From NCBI GenBank assembly GCA_049599475.1, contig JBMYOQ010000036.1:1-41789 (forward strand): DNA of 41,789 nt. The letters are read 5' to 3'. Both the position numbers and the translations under genes were made by a program. This DNA is from Opitutales bacterium (GTDB taxonomy: Bacteria; Verrucomicrobiota; Verrucomicrobiia; Opitutales; JABSRG01). Below, piece by piece: positions 27,320-35,535 of the stretch. How positions within the stretch are numbered: position 1 is the first letter of the stretch; each line of letters begins with the position of its first letter. The notes under the pieces are model-generated. The model ran no database searches. It was not told the origin of the DNA and saw nothing but the letters and a program-made list of their open reading frames with translations.

Positions 27320-27783
27320 CAAAAAGAAAATCACTCTCGTTTATTTTGGTTGGATTACTGTGCGCGTCCGACCTGTTTTCCCAATCCATCCAGACCGTAA
27401 CCACTCGGTATCAGGTCGCGAATGACTTCAAAACCATCTCCTCTTACTTTACAGATGGCGACAACACTGGCCCACGCATAATAAACCGAACTCAAGAAGA
27501 CGACTGGGACGGGCTATATTTTATAATCGAATTCACAGATCGCCCTGAGACTTTCGAAAAAAAAATAAGTGTAGTCATCGACGTACTTACTGCATTCTCC
27601 CCCAAACCCAGACAATATGCGTTCACTCTATCAGAACCTGACACCTTTACCTGGGAAGGATATTTTGGCATTACCGGAACTGACTGGACAGATCAAGAGA
27701 CTCGGCCATTAGCATGGAAAATAAGCATAAAGGACTTCGAAGGAAACTTGATTACTGAGAAACAAAGCTTTCTCTGGAAATAG
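27313..27783 (+). CDS. Hypothetical exported protein
   Basis: 156 aa with a signal-peptide-like N-terminus; overlaps both neighbours, suggesting an operon. Confidence 0.75.
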   Translation: MVTKRKSLSFILVGLLCASDLFSQSIQTVTTRYQVANDFKTISSYFTDGDNTGPRIINRTQEDDWDGLYFIIEFTDRPETFEKKISVVIDVLTAFSPKPRQYAFTLSEPDTFTWEGYFGITGTDWTDQETRPLAWKISIKDFEGNLITEKQSFLWK

Positions 27784-28364
27784 TGGATTGGGATTCTCGA
27801 TACAGAAACGGAGACACTCCTTGGAATAAAGGATATGAAACTCCAGCTCTTCACGAGATAAAGGATCGCTATCCACTATCGGGCGAAATTTGGGTACCCG
27901 GAGCAGGTATTGGACACGATGCGAGGTATATTGCCAACACATTCCCGGATACACATGTTACAGCATTTGACATTTCTGAAACCGCTCTTTCGCAAGCAAT
28001 TGAGTTCAATTTGCCTGAAAACTTAACCTTCGAAATAGCGGATATCTTTAAATTAGATAAAGATAGAAAATGCGACATATGGTTTGAACACACCTGCTTC
28101 TGCGCCATAGATCCATCACTCCGAAATGCTTACAGACAAGCTACACTATCTCATATTAAAAAAGATGGCCTGTTCACTGGGGTATTTTTTGTAGGTCAAG
28201 ATTTTGATTCCAAGGATGGTCCACCCTTTTTCTCGACAGAGCGAGAAATCGAAGACCTCTTTGGAGACAATTTCAGAATCCTGGATAAATGGATGCCTTC
28301 AAAATGTTACCCGGGCAGAGAAGGCGAAGAGATGATTTACGTTTTCCAGAAAGATCGACCTTGA
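27783..28364 (+). CDS. TPMT/thiol (halide)-methyltransferase-like SAM-dependent methyltransferase
   Basis: W..RY..GDTPW, VPGAGIGHD, DISETA, FEHTCFCAI.P..R, GPPF. Confidence 0.88.
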   Translation: MDWDSRYRNGDTPWNKGYETPALHEIKDRYPLSGEIWVPGAGIGHDARYIANTFPDTHVTAFDISETALSQAIEFNLPENLTFEIADIFKLDKDRKCDIWFEHTCFCAIDPSLRNAYRQATLSHIKKDGLFTGVFFVGQDFDSKDGPPFFSTEREIEDLFGDNFRILDKWMPSKCYPGREGEEMIYVFQKDRP

Positions 28365-28391
28365 GCTCCTAGCAATATTCCCAAGAGACGA

Positions 28392-29246
28392 CTAGGGACG
28401 CTTAATTTTCCTCAGCGTAAACATTTCAACATCGGTATCTCCGCTCCACGGCACTGGCCTGAATTTATTCTTACGGTGGGGCAGCAGTTTCTCACACAAT
28501 CTTCGGACAAATTCTGCCGACCCCAAGCAACCCGCTCGAATCAACCTGAGATCACGGTGCACCTTCCAATCCTGATCGGCGTTCAAGAAGCCAAAGGTCT
28601 CATCAACAATGCCCCACAGGGTTCTCAAAATCTGTTTAAACTGCGGATCGCCCATTTTTGCCCGGCCCAACGAAGACCATCGATAATCCTCGGCATGCTC
28701 AACGATCCCGGCCCTTACCGGATTCAGCTCTATATATGCCGCAACCATTCGGAGCACTTTTGCAGAATTTTCGATCAACTGAGAGCGAAAAGTAGACTCC
28801 CACAGCGTCCCGACGTTGTCATGATTCTTATTATACCAGATGGTAAAACGCTGCTTTAGTTCTTTCATAAAAATGGCCAGAGAACCCATTCGCGCACACA
28901 AACGCTTGCGAGCAATCACAGCCTCGCTCCCTCCTTCATTCAAAATCGACTCTAGACGATCGGGAGAAAGCGTCCGCTCAGAAATCCATTCATTCCGAGG
29001 GTAAAGCCTCCGATACCGAGCGATCAATTCAGCATCGGACTCGGGTAAAACCTGCGAACGAAAGCGAATCAAGAGGTGAAAATGATTCGACATCACACAA
29101 AAGGAAAGCAGCTCCACCCCAGAAAACGCCGCCTGACGCCGAAGAACATCGATAAACTTACGCTTCCCCTCGTCATCAAAAACAAACTTTCGAAAAGCCA
29201 CCCGACTCACCACATGATAAGCCTCATCATCATTCAACATTCGCAT
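28392..29246 (-). mobile_element. REP-associated tyrosine transposase (RAYT; Y1 HUH, IS200-superfamily)
   Basis: YHVVSR, FCVMSNHFHLL (HUH), FMKELKQRF, LWESTFRS, YIELNPVRAGIV...YRWSS (catalytic Tyr); intact 284-aa ORF. Confidence 0.9.
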
Positions 29247-29249
29247 ATT

Positions 29250-29281
29250 AATAGTGCGACTTTTTATTGTTGAATTGTCAA
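29250..29281 (-). promoter_or_regulatory. RAYT promoter region containing a copy of the 16172-16208 palindrome arm
   Basis: Minus strand reads TTGACA (29281-29276), then ATTCAACAATAAAAAGTC-GC-ACTATT, then AAT-ATG. Confidence 0.65.
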
Positions 29282-29308
29282 ACTGATAATCTTGCTCATT
29301 TTGAGGCG

Positions 29309-30589
29309 ATGGCAGAGAAAGATTTAGGGAAGATTATCGAGACTATGGCGCGTAAGGCGCGCGCGGCTTCTTTGGTTTTGGGGGTTTCTTCGACTCGTCA
29401 GAGAAACGAAGCGCTCGGATTTTTGGCGGAGCTTATTCGCTCGCGCGCGGCCGATCTTAAGACAGCGAATGCCAAGGATATCGAGTTCGCGCGCAACGCG
29501 GATCTTTCTGAGTCTATGATTGATCGGCTTATTCTAAATGATAGCCGAATCGAGGGGATGGCCCAGGGAGTAGAGCAGGTCGCTGAGTTGGACGATCCTG
29601 TGGGAACGATTCTTGATTCGACTACACGTCCAAATGATCTTCGCATAGATAAGGTGCGTGTGCCAATCGGGGTGATTGGGATTATTTACGAATCTCGCCC
29701 AAACGTCACTATCGACTGCGCAGTTCTCTGCCTCAAATCAGGGAATGCGGCTATTCTGCGCGGGGGTAAGGAAGCCTTTCATTCAAACACTTTCTTGGCT
29801 GGCTTGATTCAAGAGGCGCTTGGAAAGGCCGGCATTCAAGAATCAGCGGTGCAGCTTGTGCCTACAACCGACCGTGCAGCTTTGAACCACCTGTTAGAGC
29901 TTGATGAGTACGTACACTGCATCATTCCCAGAGGCGGGGAGAAATTGATTCGATTCGTCAGCGAGAATACACGCATTCCAGTGATCAAGCACTATCTGGG
30001 TGTTTGCGCAGCATACGTCGATAAGGATGCTGATTTTAAGATGGCTGTAGATATTGTAGTAAATGCCAAGGTTCAACGGCCTTCAGCCTGCAATGCTATC
30101 GAAAATCTCTTTATTCACGCCGACATTGCAAAAGACTTTCTTCCCAAGGTAGCAAGCGCCCTTCAATACCACGACGTCGAACTCCGTGTCGATGGTGCAG
30201 CCGTAGCGATTCTGCTTCGTGCATCAGGTGTGACGTTTGAGCCTGCCGAGCAAAATGACCTTTTCACAGAACACTTGGATAAGATTATAACGGTTAAAGT
30301 GGTCAATTCTATCGACGAGGCCATTCAGTCTATAAACAGATACGGCTCAGCGCACTCTGACACGATTATCACGGACAGTTCAGATGCAGCCGAGAAGTTT
30401 ATGAACGGAGTCGACTCCGCCACCGTTTACTGGAACGCCTCCACACGCTTCACTGACGGCTTTGAATTCGGACTTGGCGCAGAGATCGGAATTTCCACCG
30501 ACCGCCTGCATGCCCGCGGCCCCATGGGGCTGAATGAGCTCTGCACTTATAAATTCAAGATCACAGGAACCGGCCAAATTCGCCCATAG
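29309..30589 (+). CDS. proA: Gamma-glutamyl phosphate reductase
   Basis: VPIGVIGIIYESRPNVT, LKSGNA.ILRGGKEA, IPRGG, RPSACNAIE, NASTRFTDG.EFGLGAEIGIST..LHARGPMGL. Confidence 0.97.
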   Translation: MAEKDLGKIIETMARKARAASLVLGVSSTRQRNEALGFLAELIRSRAADLKTANAKDIEFARNADLSESMIDRLILNDSRIEGMAQGVEQVAELDDPVGTILDSTTRPNDLRIDKVRVPIGVIGIIYESRPNVTIDCAVLCLKSGNAAILRGGKEAFHSNTFLAGLIQEALGKAGIQESAVQLVPTTDRAALNHLLELDEYVHCIIPRGGEKLIRFVSENTRIPVIKHYLGVCAAYVDKDADFKMAVDIVVNAKVQRPSACNAIENLFIHADIAKDFLPKVASALQYHDVELRVDGAAVAILLRASGVTFEPAEQNDLFTEHLDKIITVKVVNSIDEAIQSINRYGSAHSDTIITDSSDAAEKFMNGVDSATVYWNASTRFTDGFEFGLGAEIGISTDRLHARGPMGLNELCTYKFKITGTGQIRP

Positions 30590-30596
30590 CCTGAGT

Positions 30597-31061
30597 TTAA
30601 GAAGAAAAGGGGTCGGCATTCTCCATGCCGGCTTCTTCGTCTATGCGCTTCTGCATGGTGATCGGATCAAATTCGAAAAATCCGTAGTCGCCCTTGCCCT
30701 TCCAGCACATCTCTAGTTCTGCACAGATCTCAAAGATATATTCTGGGAGAGAATTAGCGAACCCCAAGAATCCCTCGCCCTTGAGGGTAAATAAATAGAG
30801 TAGCACCCCAAAAGATCGGACGTACACAAAGTTCGCCTGCTCTTTACTGCCCAGAGTCTCGACAAACTGAGGCAGCACCTGATTCGCAGCAATCCGGCTT
30901 ACCTCTGCCCTCAATCGGTTAATATTTAGGTCTTTAAGATGCTCGGCAAAGGCATCGTCTTCCATCTCCAGCGCCAGCAAGAGGAACGACTCATAAAGTG
31001 CCTTCATATCAACAGTCTGAATCTGCTCAGCGTATTTTTCGTATAGAGCCTGCGTTTCCAT
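30597..31061 (-). CDS. Hypothetical acidic protein
   Basis: ORF immediately downstream of gluQ on the same strand; start taken at METQ (ORF track gives 31085). Confidence 0.65.
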   Translation of the reverse strand: METQALYEKYAEQIQTVDMKALYESFLLLALEMEDDAFAEHLKDLNINRLRAEVSRIAANQVLPQFVETLGSKEQANFVYVRSFGVLLYLFTLKGEGFLGFANSLPEYIFEICAELEMCWKGKGDYGFFEFDPITMQKRIDEEAGMENADPFSS

Positions 31062-31085
31062 GCAGGAAAAGTCGTCACAAGGCAC

Positions 31086-31985
31086 CTATACCTGAGAGTC
31101 AGCCAAACGAATTACGTCGCTCGCTGTGTGACCCGCCAATCTCAGCTCACGAATTGCCAATGAATCCTTCCGCTTGGCTAGCCGTTCACCGGAGCTGTCT
31201 TTAACCAAATCACAGTGATAAAAGTCAGGACACTCGGATTCAAATGCGCGATACAGCTCTAATTGCCTCGCGGTAGATATCCAGAGGTCAGCCCCCCGCA
31301 CAACCTCTGTTATCCCCATCAAAATATCGTCTACGACGACCGCCAACTCATAAGAGGGGAATCCATCACGCCGCCACACAAGGAAATCTCCATAGTCTCG
31401 ACCAGGCGTAAACGTTCCCGGGCCCAGGCGACCATCGACGATCTTTTGCTCCTCATCGACATAATCTACGCGAAATCGCCAATTTTTCGCCCCAGGTTCG
31501 TCAACTCCGCGGAAGTCTCCGTTCTTACGCAGCTCTTCTGGAAAAATTAATTCACCGCCAAGCTCCGTTGGAGCGCATCGCGTATTCTCCAACAAATTCA
31601 GCTCTCTCCGCGAGCGATCGCAGGGGTAGATCAGACCTTTATCCCTTAAATACCGCCAAGCATCTAAATAGCACCCTACCTCATGTCGTTTACTCTGAAT
31701 CCAAATGTCCGAATCTCTCTCATCATCCGGTCCACAGTCCCAGTCGAGACCCAGCCAGCGAAGGTCTTCCAGCGCCGCGTCCGCATATTCTTTTTTACAA
31801 CGTTGCCCATCCAAGTCTTCGCAGCGATACAAGATCTCTCCACCTGTCGCCCTTGCACGTTGATGAGCGATTGAAAACGTCCGAGCATGCCCTAAATGAA
31901 GAAAACCAGTCGGGGTCGGTGCGATCCGCCCTCGATACCCACGCCGAGGCAATAACAGTCTATCATTGCCAATTACAAATTTCAT
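31086..31985 (-). CDS. gluQ: Glutamyl-Q tRNA(Asp) synthetase
   Basis: YRGRIAPTPTGFLHLGH, R.EDLD..R, GDFLVWRRDG..SYELAVVVDD, VVRGADL..STARQ, RLAKR; GluRS-like catalytic core with no anticodon-binding domain. Confidence 0.88.
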   Translation of the reverse strand: MKFVIGNDRLLLPRRGYRGRIAPTPTGFLHLGHARTFSIAHQRARATGGEILYRCEDLDGQRCKKEYADAALEDLRWLGLDWDCGPDDERDSDIWIQSKRHEVGCYLDAWRYLRDKGLIYPCDRSRRELNLLENTRCAPTELGGELIFPEELRKNGDFRGVDEPGAKNWRFRVDYVDEEQKIVDGRLGPGTFTPGRDYGDFLVWRRDGFPSYELAVVVDDILMGITEVVRGADLWISTARQLELYRAFESECPDFYHCDLVKDSSGERLAKRKDSLAIRELRLAGHTASDVIRLADSQV

Positions 31986-32028
31986 TAGATGCTCTCACCT
32001 TTACACACTCTGTCGAAAGACCCCGTTT

Positions 32029-33213
32029 ATGACATTTAAAGATCTACGTCTTAAAAGAAAGCTCGTTAAAACTCTAGCCGAGAAAGGATACGAATCTCCC
32101 ACCCCGATCCAGCAGCGAGCGATCCCGACGATCATTAAGAAAAACGACGTCATCGGCTCGGCTCAAACCGGAACTGGTAAAACAGCCGCATTCGCCCTGC
32201 CTACGATCCATCGTCTTTCGCGCCACAAAAAACGCGTCCGCTGCCTAGCATTGGCTCCCACTCGAGAGCTCGCCGTACAAGTATTCGAGCAGTTTAGTGC
32301 ATACAGCACCGCAACTAACCTCACCTGCACCATCATATACGGTGGCGTCGGCTATAAACAACAGATCGAGGATCTTGAGAAAATCCCCGACATCGTTGTG
32401 GCAACGCCTGGACGTCTTCTCGACCATATCGATCGGGGCAACCTCTCCTTGAAAGACGTCGAAATTCTGATTCTCGATGAAGTGGACCGAATGCTAGATC
32501 TAGGCTTCATCGACGATGTAAAACAGGTCGAGCGCATGTGTTCACACCGCAAACGGCAAACTCTCCTTTTCTCCGCCACCATCCCAGAAAGCGTTCGCAA
32601 ACTCGCAGAATGGGCCCTGAAGAATCCTCAGGAAATCATCATCGGCGAGCGCAAATCCCCTGCAAAAACAGTCGACCATTCAATCTGGCCGGTAGATCCA
32701 CTGCAGAAATTCAACCTTATGGTCGAGCTCATCGAGAAGCATCAAATCGAGAGCATGATTATATTCTGCCGGACGCGTCATGGCTCAGATCGTATCGCTC
32801 GCTGGCTTCAGGAGCACAAATACCCAGTTTCAGTCATGCACAGTGATTTGAAGCAATCCGACCGTTTAAAGGCTCTCAGAGATTTTAAAGAAGGAGCCAC
32901 CACGATCCTTGTAGCTACCGATATCGCCTCCCGCGGTCTCGACATTAAGGGAGTCACCCACGTGATCAACTACGATGTCCCCCAGCATGCCGAGGATTAT
33001 GTGCACCGCATCGGGCGCACTGGGAGAGCCCAAACCCAAGGGATGGCCTTCACCCTAGCTTCGCCAGAGGAAAATGCTGAGATAGCGCGAATCGAAAAAT
33101 ATATCGATGGCGAAATCCCTCGCCGCAAACTTGACGATTTCAATTACCGTTACGATCCAATCCCTCAATCCAAACCCGTTCGCAAAAAGCGAAATCGCGG
33201 ATTTCAGCGATAG
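32029..33213 (+). CDS. DEAD-box RNA helicase (RhlE-like; DEVD variant)
   Basis: PTPIQ, AQTGTGKT, PTRELA, TPGRL, DEVD, SAT, SRGLD, YVHRIGRTGRA. Confidence 0.94.
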   Translation: MTFKDLRLKRKLVKTLAEKGYESPTPIQQRAIPTIIKKNDVIGSAQTGTGKTAAFALPTIHRLSRHKKRVRCLALAPTRELAVQVFEQFSAYSTATNLTCTIIYGGVGYKQQIEDLEKIPDIVVATPGRLLDHIDRGNLSLKDVEILILDEVDRMLDLGFIDDVKQVERMCSHRKRQTLLFSATIPESVRKLAEWALKNPQEIIIGERKSPAKTVDHSIWPVDPLQKFNLMVELIEKHQIESMIIFCRTRHGSDRIARWLQEHKYPVSVMHSDLKQSDRLKALRDFKEGATTILVATDIASRGLDIKGVTHVINYDVPQHAEDYVHRIGRTGRAQTQGMAFTLASPEENAEIARIEKYIDGEIPRRKLDDFNYRYDPIPQSKPVRKKRNRGFQR

Positions 33214-33214
33214 T

Positions 33215-33982
33215 CTACCAGACCTTGCTTCGACGAATACGCACCTTGTCCACTGCATCGGACACCTCGCCTAGCATATTCAAATAGCGCAGACAGACCT
33301 GAGCCACCTTCTCGGAATCGACAGGCTCCTTCGAAGAATCGGAGCAAATCGCATGGGCTACACCAAAGATATCACTATCGAAGCGGATATAAATCATCAG
33401 CGCACGTAGGACTTCCTCGTGTGAGCGCGGGCAATTCGGTCGAAATAAGCGCAATACTGCTCGCATTAACAAGCGAACCTTAGCCAAAGAGTCAGCGATA
33501 GCTTCCAGGAGCAGCTCTGGGCGAGCGACCTTCCGCAGATATGCACTACGCACATTGTGTATTTCCGACTTCAAATCATGCTCAATCTGCTGAACGAGGT
33601 GCGTCCGCTTTACCTCGATCTGCGGTAGGAGGTTCGTTCCATAAAGGACTTTATTAGTTTCCTTTATGTCCAAAATCTCCAAAGCAAAAGAGTTCCCTGA
33701 ACGCAAAAGCCGAGATTCTTCGAAGATAAGCGGCATCGGGCAGCCTTCTTTCATCCAGAGGGAAAGCCAATCGCGCAAAGAATCCATGAGCTGCTTGTCG
33801 GTCTTGTCAAAAACCATGAGAAGGGACATCTCGTCTGGATAGATCAACTCTTCAGAAGACGCAGCAGGCCCAAACAGAATCACGGAAACCAGGCGTTCAC
33901 CCAGCTCAGTAGCCAACAGCTCACTGCGTTCACGAGCAAAATTCACAGAGAATTTGTGTGGATCTGGATGGGTTACTAGCAT
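33215..33982 (-). CDS. Nucleotidyltransferase-fold protein, apparently degenerate
   Basis: LGERLVSVILFGPAAS...DEMSLLMV resembles the Pol-beta/MNT hG[GS]-x-DhD motif but lacks the canonical residues; helical C-terminal half. Confidence 0.65.
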   Translation of the reverse strand: MLVTHPDPHKFSVNFARERSELLATELGERLVSVILFGPAASSEELIYPDEMSLLMVFDKTDKQLMDSLRDWLSLWMKEGCPMPLIFEESRLLRSGNSFALEILDIKETNKVLYGTNLLPQIEVKRTHLVQQIEHDLKSEIHNVRSAYLRKVARPELLLEAIADSLAKVRLLMRAVLRLFRPNCPRSHEEVLRALMIYIRFDSDIFGVAHAICSDSSKEPVDSEKVAQVCLRYLNMLGEVSDAVDKVRIRRSKVW

Positions 33983-34142
33983 TTTAGGGCAAGAAGCGGG
34001 GCAGTACTTCTGTAAAAACAAGCCTCCGTGCAGAAACTACGCCAAATATTGGGTCAAAAAACTTACATTTCACGTCACAAAAGGTCGTTTAACGCAGCAA
34101 ACTCTTGAGTTCCGATGAAGACTCGTTTTCTTCGACCCCTTC

Positions 34143-35444
34143 ATGAGCTCAAACAACAAAAAAATCCTGGTCATAGGTGCAGGCTTCGCCGGAGTCGAAT
34201 TCTGCCGCAAATTCGCGGTACCCGGTTGTGAGGTGACTCTCATCGATCGCCAAAATCATCACCTCTTCCAGCCACTACTCTACCAAGTAGCGACAACAGG
34301 GATGGCAGATTGCACCATCGCTGCACCGATTCGCTCGATGTTCTCGTCCAGAGAAGACATCAAGGTACTCAAGGGAGAAGTCACCGAGATCGACCTCAAG
34401 GGATGTAAAGTCGTGCTCGATAAGAGCGAGACTCTCGAGTTTGACTATCTCGTCATTGCGACAGGAGCGAAAACCTCCTATTTCGGTCGCGACGAGCAAT
34501 GGGCCCCATACGCACCCGGAATGAAGAGCTTGGACGACGCGCACAATCTGCGGAACACAGTCCTTGGAAACTTTGAGAAAGCTGAGCGCGAGACAGATCC
34601 TGTCGAAAAACAGAAGTTGCTCACTATCGCGCTCGTTGGCGGCGGACCCACCGGTCTAGAACTCGCAGGAGCCTTTTCCGAGTACATCAACCAGGTTGCC
34701 AAAAACGACTACAGCAATTTTGAGCCGAGCGATGTGAAGATCATTCTGATCGAAGCGATGTCTCGCCTGATTCCTCCGTTCACCGAAGAAAACTCAGAGC
34801 GCGCGAAGAAGCAGCTCGAAGCGCTTGGTGTAGATGTCCGCCTGAACCACATGGTGAAGAACATCACCGAAGGTAAACTTGAGTTTGAAGACAGCACGAT
34901 TGAAGCGGCCAACATTTTCTGGACGGCAGGTGTCGGCCCAGGAAAATGGACTTCAAAACTCGGCGTCGAGACGGACCGCGCGGGACGCATTGTAGTCGAA
35001 ACCGACTGTAGCGTAAAAGGCTACCCAAATGTATTTGCTGTGGGCGATGTAGCAGCGATGACAGACATCAAGGGCGTCCGCGTTCCTGGCGTTGCTCCAG
35101 CCGCTGTTCAAATGGCAGCCTTCTCCGCAGATCTCATACGAGCAGAAATCACTGCGGGCGCGGAGTCTCGCAAAAATGCTAAGGGATTCACCTACTGGGA
35201 CAAGGGTGCGATGGCCATCATCGGCAAGGGCAAAGCCGTGCTCCAGACACCAGGAAAAAAGCTCCAGTTCGGCGGCCCATTTGCATGGCTAGGTTGGCTC
35301 GTTGTCCACCTTATGTTCCTCGAAGGATGGCGCAACAAGATCGCTTCGACGATCACTTGGCTCTACTCCTACGGAACAAACCGTCGCTCGAATCGCGTAA
35401 TTTCTCAACAAGACAAGACATTCTCCCACGCCTGGGAGAAGTAG
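34143..35444 (+). CDS. ndh: Type II NADH:quinone oxidoreductase
   Basis: IGAGFAG, HHLFQPLLYQVAT, VGGGPTGLELAG, FAVGD, VPGVAPAAVQ, YWDKGAMA.IG, AWL.WL.VHL. Confidence 0.93.
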   Translation: MSSNNKKILVIGAGFAGVEFCRKFAVPGCEVTLIDRQNHHLFQPLLYQVATTGMADCTIAAPIRSMFSSREDIKVLKGEVTEIDLKGCKVVLDKSETLEFDYLVIATGAKTSYFGRDEQWAPYAPGMKSLDDAHNLRNTVLGNFEKAERETDPVEKQKLLTIALVGGGPTGLELAGAFSEYINQVAKNDYSNFEPSDVKIILIEAMSRLIPPFTEENSERAKKQLEALGVDVRLNHMVKNITEGKLEFEDSTIEAANIFWTAGVGPGKWTSKLGVETDRAGRIVVETDCSVKGYPNVFAVGDVAAMTDIKGVRVPGVAPAAVQMAAFSADLIRAEITAGAESRKNAKGFTYWDKGAMAIIGKGKAVLQTPGKKLQFGGPFAWLGWLVVHLMFLEGWRNKIASTITWLYSYGTNRRSNRVISQQDKTFSHAWEK

Positions 35445-35467
35445 TCTTAGTAAGATTTCGAAATAGG

Positions 35468-35499
35468 AAAAGCCCCAGCAACTCGCTGGGGCTTTTTTT
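35468..35499. terminator. Bidirectional terminator between convergent ndh and clpB
   Basis: AAAAGCCCCAGC-AACTC-GCTGGGGCTTTTTTT. Confidence 0.9.
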
Positions 35500-35535
35500 G
35501 TTAATTGCCAATGGAGGTACGAGCAGGGAATCGAC

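Noticed and set aside
25313..29246. UvrD + methyltransferase + nuclease as an anti-phage defence cassette
   Set aside because: The helicase is a standard housekeeping PcrA/UvrD type coupled to proB, and the methyltransferase is a small-molecule TPMT type rather than a DNA methylase.
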